A stretch of DNA of 64,000 nucleotides from Patescibacteria group bacterium. Its GTDB lineage: Bacteria; Patescibacteriota; Patescibacteriia; Magasanikbacterales; GWA2-37-8. The notes under the pieces were generated by a model. It was not told the origin of the DNA. It did no database searches and saw only the letters and a program-made list of their open reading frames with translations. The stretch spans positions 3,841 through 67,840 of the forward strand of contig JAQTYG010000002.1 of the NCBI GenBank assembly GCA_028688375.1, given 5' to 3'. Positions 8,603-17,286 of this stretch are shown here, piece by piece (position 1 is the first letter of the stretch; each line of letters starts with the position of its first letter). Made by a program: the position numbers and the translations under genes.

Positions 8603-9307
8603 GCCACCGCCGCAACTGTGTGAGTCGTTCTTTTTCTAGAAAGAGAGGTCTGAATGCACTGGCCCGCGCTGTAGGTAACAGATAAGCGAGTGCCGGCATG
8701 GCCCCAACGGATCCGTCATCCGTCCGGTAAAATGACGAAGGCGACGCCGAGCGCATCAGTAACTCGGCACCCCAATTGCGTTTCTGAAGCGAATCGTTTC
8801 GGAGACACAACAGCGGTTCACAGCGCGAACAAAGGAGGTTCAATTTGAGCTGATGAGAAAGCGACGCGCAGCAAAAAAAGCGCGATGGCAACAATCCAAA
8901 TTCTCACCTATCAGGTGAACCAAGGAGGGGAAACCTCCCCGGAAGCCGAACCTAAGCAAATTCGGCAGTTCGTTTTCGTCGCCCATCATCCGCGGCGCTA
9001 GTGAGGGGGTCCTGTGCGACCTCCATGCCTCGCCGAAGCTACGGCTTGCGGCTGAACAGGCAGTGCGCGGCGCGCGGATCTGGGGTGCGCCGACGGCGGG
9101 TGGACATCGGTTGTTCTCCCGCCCTCAACAATCACGGAAGTGAAGAAAGGAGAGGTGGACCGGATGAATGCATTCGGGTTTACCTAGAGTGGCATGGGCC
9201 ACGCCACCGGCCAAAAACCGGGATGCGCTGCGAGGTCGTCTCGTCTGACCCGCCCGGCGCGCGGCGAACTAACTAAATGCTCTTTCGAGGTAGTCGTTCG
9301 AGTTCGA

Positions 9308-9350
9308 GGCCGGTCACAACTGCGTGACCGGCCGCTTTTATTTATTTGGC
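9308..9350 (+). terminator. intrinsic terminator closing GC-rich island
   Basis: perfect hairpin ggccggtcac-aactgc-gtgaccggcc followed by gcttttatttattt. Confidence 0.75.
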
Positions 9351-9361
9351 AAAGATACACC

Positions 9362-9390
9362 TTGACATTTTTTAAAATTGTATATATAAT
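9362..9390 (+). promoter_or_regulatory. consensus sigma70 promoter (TTGACA-17-TATAAT)
   Basis: ttgacattttttaaaattgtatatataat, followed by SD agaggaggagggag and ATG at 9443. Confidence 0.65.
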
Positions 9391-9442
9391 GGTGTTTAAA
9401 AATTAAACCCGCTACGAGCGGAAAAAAGAGGAGGAGGGAGAA

Positions 9443-9715
9443 ATGCGTTCTTTGAAAAGGCTGGGTCGTTTCATCTTGGTTTGGGAATCGGCTTTAGCCG
9501 GCGTGGTCTTCCTGGCCATCGCCGTTACCGCGTTATTCGATCCTTCGCTCGTGAAAACGGTGGAATCGCTCGATTGCTTCATCAAGGCGAAAATCATCGC
9601 CGCCTATTGGTTGCCGTCCTGGAAAACGGATGAAATAATCGTTGCGGCGTCGTTTATTTCTGGCGCGTTCAACATGGCGATCGTCCTGGCCTCAGCTATT
9701 CGGACGCGCCGATGA
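9443..9715 (+). CDS. small membrane protein
   Basis: 90 aa, two predicted TM helices, strong SD; stop overlaps next start (ATGA). Confidence 0.5.
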   Translation: MRSLKRLGRFILVWESALAGVVFLAIAVTALFDPSLVKTVESLDCFIKAKIIAAYWLPSWKTDEIIVAASFISGAFNMAIVLASAIRTRR

Positions 9716-9990
9716 AAGGAGCCATCATGGCAGGCAAACTCAAAAGGATGTTCCTGATCACCCTTTCAGCTTTGGTCGCTGTTGGTGTCGCCACGACCCA
9801 ATCGGTGGTAGAGATCTTCTTGTTCCTCGTCGGCATCGGGTTGTGTATCGAGGCATTCAGCCAGCCCCCGTGGTTCTCTTGTTTTTACGTTTTCGTTGGC
9901 ATGTTGTCGCTGTATCTGTGCGGAAAGGTTTCCGGCGCCGATTTGTCCGGAACTTGGTGGCAGCGTTTCGTCCTCCCTCATCTGGAGTGA
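9712..9990 (+). CDS. small membrane protein
   Basis: 92 aa, hydrophobic segments, translationally coupled to upstream ORF. Confidence 0.5.
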   Translation: MKGAIMAGKLKRMFLITLSALVAVGVATTQSVVEIFLFLVGIGLCIEAFSQPPWFSCFYVFVGMLSLYLCGKVSGADLSGTWWQRFVLPHLE

Positions 9991-10084
9991 CGGGCGATGC
10001 CCCGTCTCGCGTTGCGCGCTCCTCTCCGGGGCGCGCCTTTGTTTTATTGCTAAAATTCATCAAATCGGCTAAGATTAAAGCAAT

Positions 10085-11101
10085 ATGTTGAAGATTGAAA
10101 CAAAATTTGAAATGAGCAACAGCTGGTTGAAGGAAAATGTCAGCCGGCCGCCTTTTTGCCAGTCGTTTGAATGGGAAGAAATATTGTCGCGTGAAGGCAA
10201 AGATGTTGAACGCTTGGCCGTATTTGATGACGAAAAACCCGTGGCTATGGCACTGGTGGAATATCATAAATTGCCGTTCGGCTGGCGGTATGCTTTTTGT
10301 CCGAAAGGACCAATTACAGCTCGCAGTTCACAGCCCACAGTTCACAAAATTTACGAAGTTCTGGCCGGTTATTTTAAGAATAAAAAATGTATATTCTTTC
10401 GTTTCGAACCGATGGCGAACTGGGAACTGGGAACTGAGAACTGTGAACTTCGCAAAACCGTCGACATTAATCCGCGGGCGACGATGATTTTAGATTTGCG
10501 GCGTACGCCGGATGAACTACTCGCCGGTATGCATCAAAAGACACGATACAACATTAACTTGGCGCAGAAAAAAGATTTACGGGTAAGCGATATTAAAGAT
10601 GCCGACCTGTTCATGACTTTAATGAAAGCCACCGGTCAGCGCGATAAATTTCGTCTGCACCAGGTTAAACATTATCATGAAATAATTTTTTCTCCGTTGG
10701 CGCACCAGTTAACTGTTTTTTACGGACCACGCCCGATTGCCACAGCGATCTTTGCCGGCTTTGGCGATACTTTCACTTACGTTTTTGGCGCGTCCGATTA
10801 TGACCACCGCTCGCTAATGGCGCCGTATTTAATTCAATGGGAGGGGATTAAAATGGGGCAAAGATACGGCTATAGATATTATGATTTTTTTGGCATAGCG
10901 CCACAAAAAGGAATAAAGAGTAAGGAACAAGGAATAAATGATTATGAATATGACGTAAAACACCAATATGCCGGGGTGACAAGGTTTAAGCAGGGGTTTG
11001 GCGGCGCGTACCATGAAGACCCGGGAACATTTGATTTGATTATTTCACCGTGGAAGTATAGAGTATATAATTGGTTGCGGAGGATAAGAAGAATGATTTA
11101 G
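10085..11101 (+). CDS. FemAB-family peptidoglycan interpeptide-bridge aminoacyltransferase
   Basis: 338 aa, FemAB-like C-terminal region (YGYRYYDFFGIAP), acyltransferase fold pattern; contains in-frame oligonucleotide repeats. Confidence 0.6.
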   Translation: MLKIETKFEMSNSWLKENVSRPPFCQSFEWEEILSREGKDVERLAVFDDEKPVAMALVEYHKLPFGWRYAFCPKGPITARSSQPTVHKIYEVLAGYFKNKKCIFFRFEPMANWELGTENCELRKTVDINPRATMILDLRRTPDELLAGMHQKTRYNINLAQKKDLRVSDIKDADLFMTLMKATGQRDKFRLHQVKHYHEIIFSPLAHQLTVFYGPRPIATAIFAGFGDTFTYVFGASDYDHRSLMAPYLIQWEGIKMGQRYGYRYYDFFGIAPQKGIKSKEQGINDYEYDVKHQYAGVTRFKQGFGGAYHEDPGTFDLIISPWKYRVYNWLRRIRRMI

Positions 11102-11172
11102 TCCTTGTAGTTTAATGGATAAAATACCTCCCTCCGAAGGAGGTGATGCGCGTTCGATTCGCGCCGAGGGCA
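11101..11172 (+). tRNA. tRNA-Arg (anticodon CCG)
   Basis: acceptor GTCCTTG/CGAGGGC (two G-U), anticodon stem CCTCC/GGAGG, loop CTCCGAA, T-arm GCGCG-TTCGATT-CGCGC; weak D-stem. Confidence 0.55.
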
Positions 11173-11186
11173 CATTTAATTTTTTT

Positions 11187-12236
11187 ATGGATAACATAGA
11201 TTTAAAGAAAATTTCCGAGTTGCTTGCTAACCAGACAGGCCACTCGGTTCAAATTGAAAAAATAGAAAAAGTCGGGAGTGGGTATCACTCCGACGGTTTT
11301 AAGTTGGTCGCTGCCGATGGGCGGTGTTATTTTTTGAAAAAAGTTAAATCGCATGACTTGGGTTTTGAATTACCCGAAAGAAAAATCATGTCGCTTTTAG
11401 TAAGCAACGGCATGTGTAATCGGGCGAACATCGGTTCTAAATGTTTGGGTGTAGTGCTGGGCAACGGCGATGAAGTAAAAATGCTCCCCGAAGTAAATGA
11501 GGCCACGGAAATTTATCACCTTCAAGAATACGAGCCGGAAGGGACAAGTTATTGGTCGTTACTGCAGGCCAGAAAAAACCGGGCCGCGATTGAGCCGGAA
11601 GATTTATCGGAATTGGAAAAAATTACCGACTACATCAGCGCGGTTCATCGCGTAAAACATCCGTCGTCAGACGCCGGTCAACTCAAGGCGGTTTACAACG
11701 ACAGTCTGCGCGCTGTGCTGACCAACCCGGAATTAGCCATTATGCTTTTGTCCGATTATACCGACAGCCATCCGCTCCTTCCGGCCGGCGAGCATGGCGC
11801 GTATGTGGGTCTGATGCTCAATTTAATGTACCAGTGGAAAGATCGGTCCGATCGTCTGACCGCTTTGCACGGCGATTTTTGGGGCGCCAATTTATTTGTC
11901 AGAAAAGACGGCAGTGTGTGGATGATCGATTACTCAAGAATTCCCTGGGGCGATCCGGGGATAGACATCGGCTGGTGGCTGGCGCAGTATATTTGGTTTT
12001 ATCATGCCACCGGCAATCAGTATTTCAAAACAATGGGTGATAAGTTTTTAGAACTTTATATCGCCAAAACGAACGACCAAGAAATCAAACAAACCGTCGC
12101 CTTGTCGCTTGGTTTGTTGAACATTATATTTTTGTCACCCAGGTTTTATCCCGATCTTGATTTGTCGGTCGGAAAAAGCTTTTTCGATAATATCGTGGCG
12201 ATACTTAAAAAAGGAACTTTTATATGGACAAAATAG
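11187..12236 (+). CDS. phosphotransferase-family kinase (APH/choline-kinase fold)
   Basis: catalytic HGDFWGANLFV and IDYSRIPWGDPGIDIG (Brenner and DxG motifs); start moved to MDNIDL because track ORF start overlaps the tRNA. Confidence 0.6.
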   Translation: MDNIDLKKISELLANQTGHSVQIEKIEKVGSGYHSDGFKLVAADGRCYFLKKVKSHDLGFELPERKIMSLLVSNGMCNRANIGSKCLGVVLGNGDEVKMLPEVNEATEIYHLQEYEPEGTSYWSLLQARKNRAAIEPEDLSELEKITDYISAVHRVKHPSSDAGQLKAVYNDSLRAVLTNPELAIMLLSDYTDSHPLLPAGEHGAYVGLMLNLMYQWKDRSDRLTALHGDFWGANLFVRKDGSVWMIDYSRIPWGDPGIDIGWWLAQYIWFYHATGNQYFKTMGDKFLELYIAKTNDQEIKQTVALSLGLLNIIFLSPRFYPDLDLSVGKSFFDNIVAILKKGTFIWTK

Positions 12237-13042
12237 CAAGACAGCCCAATCAAGATCCGTCGCTTCACGTCGATTTGTTTCGGCATGGGTCGGCGAAGTA
12301 TGAACAAGGAAAAACTACAGTAGAAGAGGCGGCCGATTTGACCGAAGCGGGCATCGCCGAAGTTAAAACCAGCGCGGAAGCTCTGGCGGAGCTTATATCG
12401 CCCGACGAAGAAGTGCAGATTTGGTCCTCGCCGATGGGACGAACCTTGCAGACGGCGAAAATAATTTCGGAGACGCTGGCGGCTAAAGGTGTTAATTTAC
12501 GCGGTGAGCGCCAAGCCGAGGGTGCCGGGATAAAAGTATTTGATCAGTTATCGGAAGTAAAGAATTTTTCTTGGTCGCTTTTTAGTCCGTTGGTTTATGG
12601 CGGAGAAGTGGAGTACGCCGGCCGGAAATTTGTGATTGACGCGGCGAAAACCAACCCGCAGAATTTGGGTCCGGCGCAGTATTACGCGAGCGACAACATC
12701 CATAATATTAGCGCGGAAGCAAAGGCGGGCTGGCCGGCGGAGTACGTGAAAGCCGTGGAAGATTTTGAGGATTTTATGTCTGTGACTAAACGGATTATGA
12801 AACCGTTGGTTCGATTGAAGGGCTTGAGCGACAAGCCCTATCGCGTGATTATCGTGACGCACGACGCTTTGCTCGGTTTTGTCGCTAATATTTTTTCCGG
12901 CGGGGAATCCGCCGGCGTTAATCCGGCGGAATTTATTAATTTGGAACGGAAAGACGGCCAACTGGTGGCCACCAAAGTCGGTCAGTTGGATCGGCCGGAG
13001 AGTAAAGACGTAATTGACGAGTTTAACCAACAACACCAATAA
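12224..13042 (+). CDS. histidine-phosphatase superfamily protein (phosphoglycerate-mutase-like)
   Basis: N-terminal LFRHGSAKYE (RHG catalytic motif) and C-terminal VTHDALL histidine motif. Confidence 0.6.
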   Translation: MDKIARQPNQDPSLHVDLFRHGSAKYEQGKTTVEEAADLTEAGIAEVKTSAEALAELISPDEEVQIWSSPMGRTLQTAKIISETLAAKGVNLRGERQAEGAGIKVFDQLSEVKNFSWSLFSPLVYGGEVEYAGRKFVIDAAKTNPQNLGPAQYYASDNIHNISAEAKAGWPAEYVKAVEDFEDFMSVTKRIMKPLVRLKGLSDKPYRVIIVTHDALLGFVANIFSGGESAGVNPAEFINLERKDGQLVATKVGQLDRPESKDVIDEFNQQHQ

Positions 13043-13475
13043 TGTTATGCCGGCCAAAAGCGGGAAATCAAAAGAAGGCCATTTGATGCACTATAGTTCG
13101 TCCGCGATTATAAAGCGCGACGGCAAGATTTTGATGATCGATCGGACGATCGCTCCCCTGGGTTTTGCTTGTCCGGCCGGACATCTTGAAGAGGGGGAAA
13201 CGCCGGACGAAGCTTTATATCGGGAAGTGGAAGAGGAAACCGGTTTGAAGATTAAAAAATGTAAATTTTTAATTGAGGAAGAAGTGGACGGCAATATTTG
13301 CAGCCGGGGTGTGGCCGTACATTATTGGTATGTTTATGAATGTGAATGCGCCGGCGAACCGAAACTTTTTCCGGCCGAAGAAAAATCCATCGGCTGGTAC
13401 ACGCCGGAGCAAATTAAAACTATGACGCTGGAACCGGTCTGGGATTATTGGTTGAAAAAGTTTAAAGTAATTTAA
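13014..13475 (+). CDS. NUDIX hydrolase
   Basis: Nudix box GHLEEGETPDEALYREVEEETGL. Confidence 0.8.
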   Translation: MTSLTNNTNNVMPAKSGKSKEGHLMHYSSSAIIKRDGKILMIDRTIAPLGFACPAGHLEEGETPDEALYREVEEETGLKIKKCKFLIEEEVDGNICSRGVAVHYWYVYECECAGEPKLFPAEEKSIGWYTPEQIKTMTLEPVWDYWLKKFKVI

Positions 13476-13483
13476 CGTAATAA

Positions 13484-13520
13484 AAAACGCTCCGGCCATT
13501 GACCGGAGCGTTTTTTAATT
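13484..13520. terminator. bidirectional intrinsic terminator
   Basis: aaaaaacgctccggcc-attg-accggagcgtttttt between convergent NUDIX and gyrA. Confidence 0.75.
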
Positions 13521-13521
13521 T

Positions 13522-16014
13522 TTAAGCCATCGCCGCTTCCAGATTTTCAATCAGTGTGACGCTGGCGACTTTGTCGCCGTCTTCTTTGAAGCGCATCAAG
13601 CGGACGCCCTGAGTGGCACGGCCGGAGACAGATACAGTTTTCAACGGTAAGCGGATCACCTGCCCTTTGGCGGACATCAGTAACAAATCGTATTTATCTT
13701 CTTTGGCGCCGTCCACTAAGCGGGCGTGAATCAGGTTGCCGGTTTTTTGCGTGATTTCCGCCGTCTTAATACCACTGCCACCGCGTCCTTGCACTTTGTA
13801 TTGCGCCAGGGGCGTGCGCTTGCCCACGCCGTTCTCGCCCACAGTCAAAAGTTCTAAGCTTTTGTTATTCGGGTCGACAATATCCATGGAAATCACCTCG
13901 TCTTTATCGTGCAGGCGCATCCCGCGCACGCCGGCCGCGTTTCGGCCCATCGGGCGCACGTCGCCTTCTTCAAAACGAATCGCCTGCCCCTTTAAAGTGA
14001 TAATGCTAATCTCATCGTGCCCGGTGGACGGTTTGACCCATTCCATGGAATCTTCGCCCTTGAGTTTCAAAGCAATTAAACCGCTCCGGCGGACGTTGGT
14101 AAAATCTTCCAGCGCGGTTTTTTTGATTAAGCCTTTTTTCGTCACCATCACCAGGTATTTTATTTCCGCCAAATTGCCCATGGTGAGTAGCGCCGTCACG
14201 TTTTCATTCGGCGCCAGTTGGAGGAAGTTTACCAGGGCTTGGCCTTTGGCCGTCCGGCTGCCCTGCGGGATATCATAAGCGAACAGTTGGAAGACCCGCC
14301 CGCGATTGGTGAAAAATAGCACGTTGTCGTGAGTGTTGGTCATTTGTAATTGGTCCACCGACTCTTCTTCCTTGGTCGTCGTGCCGATCACGCCTTTGCC
14401 CCCGCGCGATTGCTGGCGGAACGTGTCCGGTGGCAAGCGCTTCACATAGCCGTCGGTGGTGGTCATAATCATTGTTGTTTCGTTGGGCACCAAATCTTCC
14501 ACCGTAAATTCTTTGATACCGTGCGCCACGATTTGCGTTCGACGGGGTTGGCCGAATTTGGTTTTAATTTCTTCGGTTTCAGTTTTTACGATATGCAAAA
14601 TTTTCGCCTCGGACGCGAGGATCGCTTCCAATTCTTTCATCAGGGCTTTCTTTTCCTTCAATTCGTCCTCGATTTTTTGCCGTTCCAGGTTGGCCAGTTG
14701 TTGTAATTTCATTTCCAAAATCGCCGTGGTCTGCCGGTCGGTGAATTTGAAATGCTTCATCAAATTGATTTTGGCCTCGTCTTTGTCTTTGGATGCGCGG
14801 ATGGTTTTAATCACTTGCTCAATTTTGTCCAAAGCCATTTTCAAGCCGTCCAAAATGTGGGCGCGGTCTTTGGCTTTGGCTAAATCAAACTCGGTGCGCC
14901 GGCGGATAATCACTTGGCGGTGTTTGATAAATTCTTCCAGGATGGTTTTTAGATTCAAAATGCGCGGTTGAATGCCGTCCACCAGCGCCAGCATGTTGGA
15001 GTGAAAGGTAGTCTGCAATTCGGTCATCTTGAACAGCTGGTTCATTATTTTTTTCGGATAAGAATCCTTTTTCAAATCAATCACCATGCGCACGCCGTCC
15101 TTGTTGGATTCGTCGCGCATATCGCGAATGCCCTCAATCTTTTTTTCCTGCACCAGTTCGGCGATTTTTTCCAAGAGCGTCGCCTTGTTCACCTGATAAG
15201 GAACTTCGGAAATAATAATTTGGAAGTGCCCGGCTTTGGCTTCAAGAATTTCCGCTTTGGCGCGGACGACGATCCCGCCCTTGCCGGTGGCATACATGGC
15301 GGCGATATCTTTTTTGTTATAGATAATTCCGCCGGTCGGGAAATCCGGGCCTTTTACAATCTCCGACAGGTCTTCCACCGTGGACTTTGGTTTTTCGATG
15401 AGTAGCGCCACCCCGTCGCAAAGTTCGGTTAGGTTGTGCGGGGGGATGGAAGTGGACATGCCGACGGCGATGCCCATAGTGCCGTTCAATAGCAAGTTCG
15501 GCACTTTGGAGGGCAGGACGGCCGGTTCCTTGTGCGACCCGTCGTAGGTCGGAATAAAATTAACGGTATCTTTTTCAATATCCACCAGCATTTCTTCAGC
15601 CAGCGCGGCTAGACGAGCTTCAGTGTAGCGCATGGCGGCGGCGCTGTCGCCATCCATACTGCCGAAGTTGCCTTGGCCGTCCACGAAGACTTGGCGCATG
15701 GAAAAATCCTGGGCCATGCGGACCATGGAATCATAAATGGCGGCATCGCCGTGCGGGTGGTATTTGGCCATCACCTCGCCGACCACGTGCGCGGATTTGC
15801 GGTATTTGGCCGTGTGTTTCAGACCGACATCCCACATGGCGTACATAATGCGCCGGTGCACCGGTTTGAAGCCGTCGCGTACATCAGGCAGGGCGCGCGA
15901 AACTATCACGCTCATGGCGTATTCCAAATATGATTGTTTTACTTCTTCGGCAATCGGCGCGGCAATCAGTTTGCCGACGTTTTCCGTTCCGGGCAATGAC
16001 ATTTTATCTTGCAT
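13522..16014 (-). CDS. gyrA: DNA gyrase subunit A
   Basis: 830 aa, GyrA N-terminal catalytic region with AAMRYTEARL and C-terminal beta-pinwheel repeats. Confidence 0.95.
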   Translation of the reverse strand: MQDKMSLPGTENVGKLIAAPIAEEVKQSYLEYAMSVIVSRALPDVRDGFKPVHRRIMYAMWDVGLKHTAKYRKSAHVVGEVMAKYHPHGDAAIYDSMVRMAQDFSMRQVFVDGQGNFGSMDGDSAAAMRYTEARLAALAEEMLVDIEKDTVNFIPTYDGSHKEPAVLPSKVPNLLLNGTMGIAVGMSTSIPPHNLTELCDGVALLIEKPKSTVEDLSEIVKGPDFPTGGIIYNKKDIAAMYATGKGGIVVRAKAEILEAKAGHFQIIISEVPYQVNKATLLEKIAELVQEKKIEGIRDMRDESNKDGVRMVIDLKKDSYPKKIMNQLFKMTELQTTFHSNMLALVDGIQPRILNLKTILEEFIKHRQVIIRRRTEFDLAKAKDRAHILDGLKMALDKIEQVIKTIRASKDKDEAKINLMKHFKFTDRQTTAILEMKLQQLANLERQKIEDELKEKKALMKELEAILASEAKILHIVKTETEEIKTKFGQPRRTQIVAHGIKEFTVEDLVPNETTMIMTTTDGYVKRLPPDTFRQQSRGGKGVIGTTTKEEESVDQLQMTNTHDNVLFFTNRGRVFQLFAYDIPQGSRTAKGQALVNFLQLAPNENVTALLTMGNLAEIKYLVMVTKKGLIKKTALEDFTNVRRSGLIALKLKGEDSMEWVKPSTGHDEISIITLKGQAIRFEEGDVRPMGRNAAGVRGMRLHDKDEVISMDIVDPNNKSLELLTVGENGVGKRTPLAQYKVQGRGGSGIKTAEITQKTGNLIHARLVDGAKEDKYDLLLMSAKGQVIRLPLKTVSVSGRATQGVRLMRFKEDGDKVASVTLIENLEAAMA

Positions 16015-16035
16015 ATCAAATTTTTTTCAAAATTG

Positions 16036-16380
16036 TTAATTGGTGGAAGTGGCGGTGGCAGCGGCAGTTTTTTCGCTACTGCTGGCGGACAGCTGTTCCG
16101 CCAGTTTGGCCATTTTATCTTTCGCTTCTTTTTCAATGGCGCTTTTTTCCAGCGCCGTGTTTTTAGTCAAGGCCGTCGCCGCCTGCCAGTCATCTTTTAA
16201 GCCATCCAGCATTTGTTTTTCCGCGCTTTGCTTAAAGCTGAATACGGCTAACTGATTTTTGAAAGAAATAATCCAAAAAGAGGCTAATAACATCGCAACG
16301 ATGCCGACGGCGATCCACAAAATACGACGTTTACGCACGACAACCTCGATGTGTTTGTTGGTTTGTTCTCCTTCAGCCAT
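16036..16380 (-). CDS. membrane-anchored hypothetical protein
   Basis: 114 aa, single TM, coiled-coil-like Ala/Lys/Glu C-terminus. Confidence 0.4.
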   Translation of the reverse strand: MAEGEQTNKHIEVVVRKRRILWIAVGIVAMLLASFWIISFKNQLAVFSFKQSAEKQMLDGLKDDWQAATALTKNTALEKSAIEKEAKDKMAKLAEQLSASSSEKTAAATATSTN

Positions 16381-16381
16381 A

Positions 16382-17005
16382 CTAATAATTTTTTTCTAAG
16401 ATCATCAATTTCGTTTCTTCTTGTGGCAAATCTTTTTTCTTGATGATAAATTTTTTGTCGGTCGCTTCCGGCTTGAGGCCGAGGGTCTTGATAAAATCGC
16501 TCACCGGGTCGGCTTTCGGGTCGGTGTCGCATTGAAAAGCGATGGGAATGACAATGCGCGGTTCCAGCGCGGTGACCGTGGCGGCCGCGTCTTCGGCGGA
16601 AAGCGTTTTATTTTTTTCTCCGCCGACCGGGATGAATAATATATCCGGACTGCCGAGTTTGGCGATGGTTTCCGTGTTCATTTTTTTATTCAAGCGTCCG
16701 AGGTGAACGATGTTCAAACTTTCCGAACCGATTTTAAAAACTACGGTGTCGTCCGGTCCGGGCATGGCGTAAATCATGGTGTCTTTCACTTCACATTCGC
16801 CGGGGGTGTCAATCACAAATGGGCCTTGGCTAAGAGTAACGGCGTTGGTATCGCCGGCGGAAAACAGGGCCACCTGCGGGCTGAAGCTGCGCGGGAAGTC
16901 GCCTTTTTCCGGGCGATAAGGGTCGATTAAAATAACCACGTCCTCGTCTTTGAGATTTTTGGTTTGCAGTTTTACGCAGGTTTGTCCGAGCCAGTTTAAA
17001 TGCAT
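16382..17005 (-). CDS. MBL-fold metallo-hydrolase
   Basis: 207 aa, beta-lactamase-fold pattern (HLNWLGQTCVKL..., DTPG, HLGRL). Confidence 0.55.
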   Translation of the reverse strand: MHLNWLGQTCVKLQTKNLKDEDVVILIDPYRPEKGDFPRSFSPQVALFSAGDTNAVTLSQGPFVIDTPGECEVKDTMIYAMPGPDDTVVFKIGSESLNIVHLGRLNKKMNTETIAKLGSPDILFIPVGGEKNKTLSAEDAAATVTALEPRIVIPIAFQCDTDPKADPVSDFIKTLGLKPEATDKKFIIKKKDLPQEETKLMILEKNY

Positions 17006-17052
17006 ACGAAGCTAGTAAGTAATAAACTAATAAGCAGTAAGTAAATGTTTTT

Positions 17053-17160
17053 TGTCATTCCGAGCGAAGTCCCGCGGAGCGGGATGAAGTCGAGGAATCC
17101 CTTCGGCACCTTGTCATTCCCGCGAAGGCGGGAACCTGCCTGCCGGTAGGCAGGTCCAGT
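17053..17160. repeat. two tandem copies of small hairpin repeat family (GTCATYCYGAGCG...GGAATCCCTTCGGC / TTGTCATTCCCGCGAAGGCGGGAA)
   Basis: related copies at 30866-30893, 31400-31455, 33894-33920, 34059-34099. Confidence 0.6.
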
Positions 17161-17286
17161 CGATTTTTTATCATAAAACAACGACTATATTTTATCACTA
17201 TTTTACAGTGTTTTCAAGTCCAAAAAGGGGATAGTTTGGGGAAAATGGGGATATTCTTTTTCGCTAATATTAGCCAAGTTAAGGTA

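Noticed and set aside
8128-8685. Overlapping ORFs on both strands within GC-rich islands (8128-8607 -, 8131-8685 +, 17477-18067 -, 17581-17910 +, 31486-32361 -, 32010-32624 -, 32897-33575 -, 33410-33808 -)
   Set aside because: GC-rich sequence lacks stop codons in all frames; these lack an SD or start context and overlap better-supported CDSs.
8839-8870. CUGAUGAG string (hammerhead ribozyme core) in the GC-rich tail of island A
   Set aside because: No appropriately placed GAAA/stem II-III architecture or cleavage-site triplet; likely a chance 8-mer in GC-rich DNA.
13736-16039. Multiple 60-180-aa ORFs on the plus strand inside gyrA, and similar antisense ORFs inside ftsH, uvrA, RNase J and pilB
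   Set aside because: They are antisense to strongly supported conserved genes, with no SD, and are typical antisense-frame artefacts.
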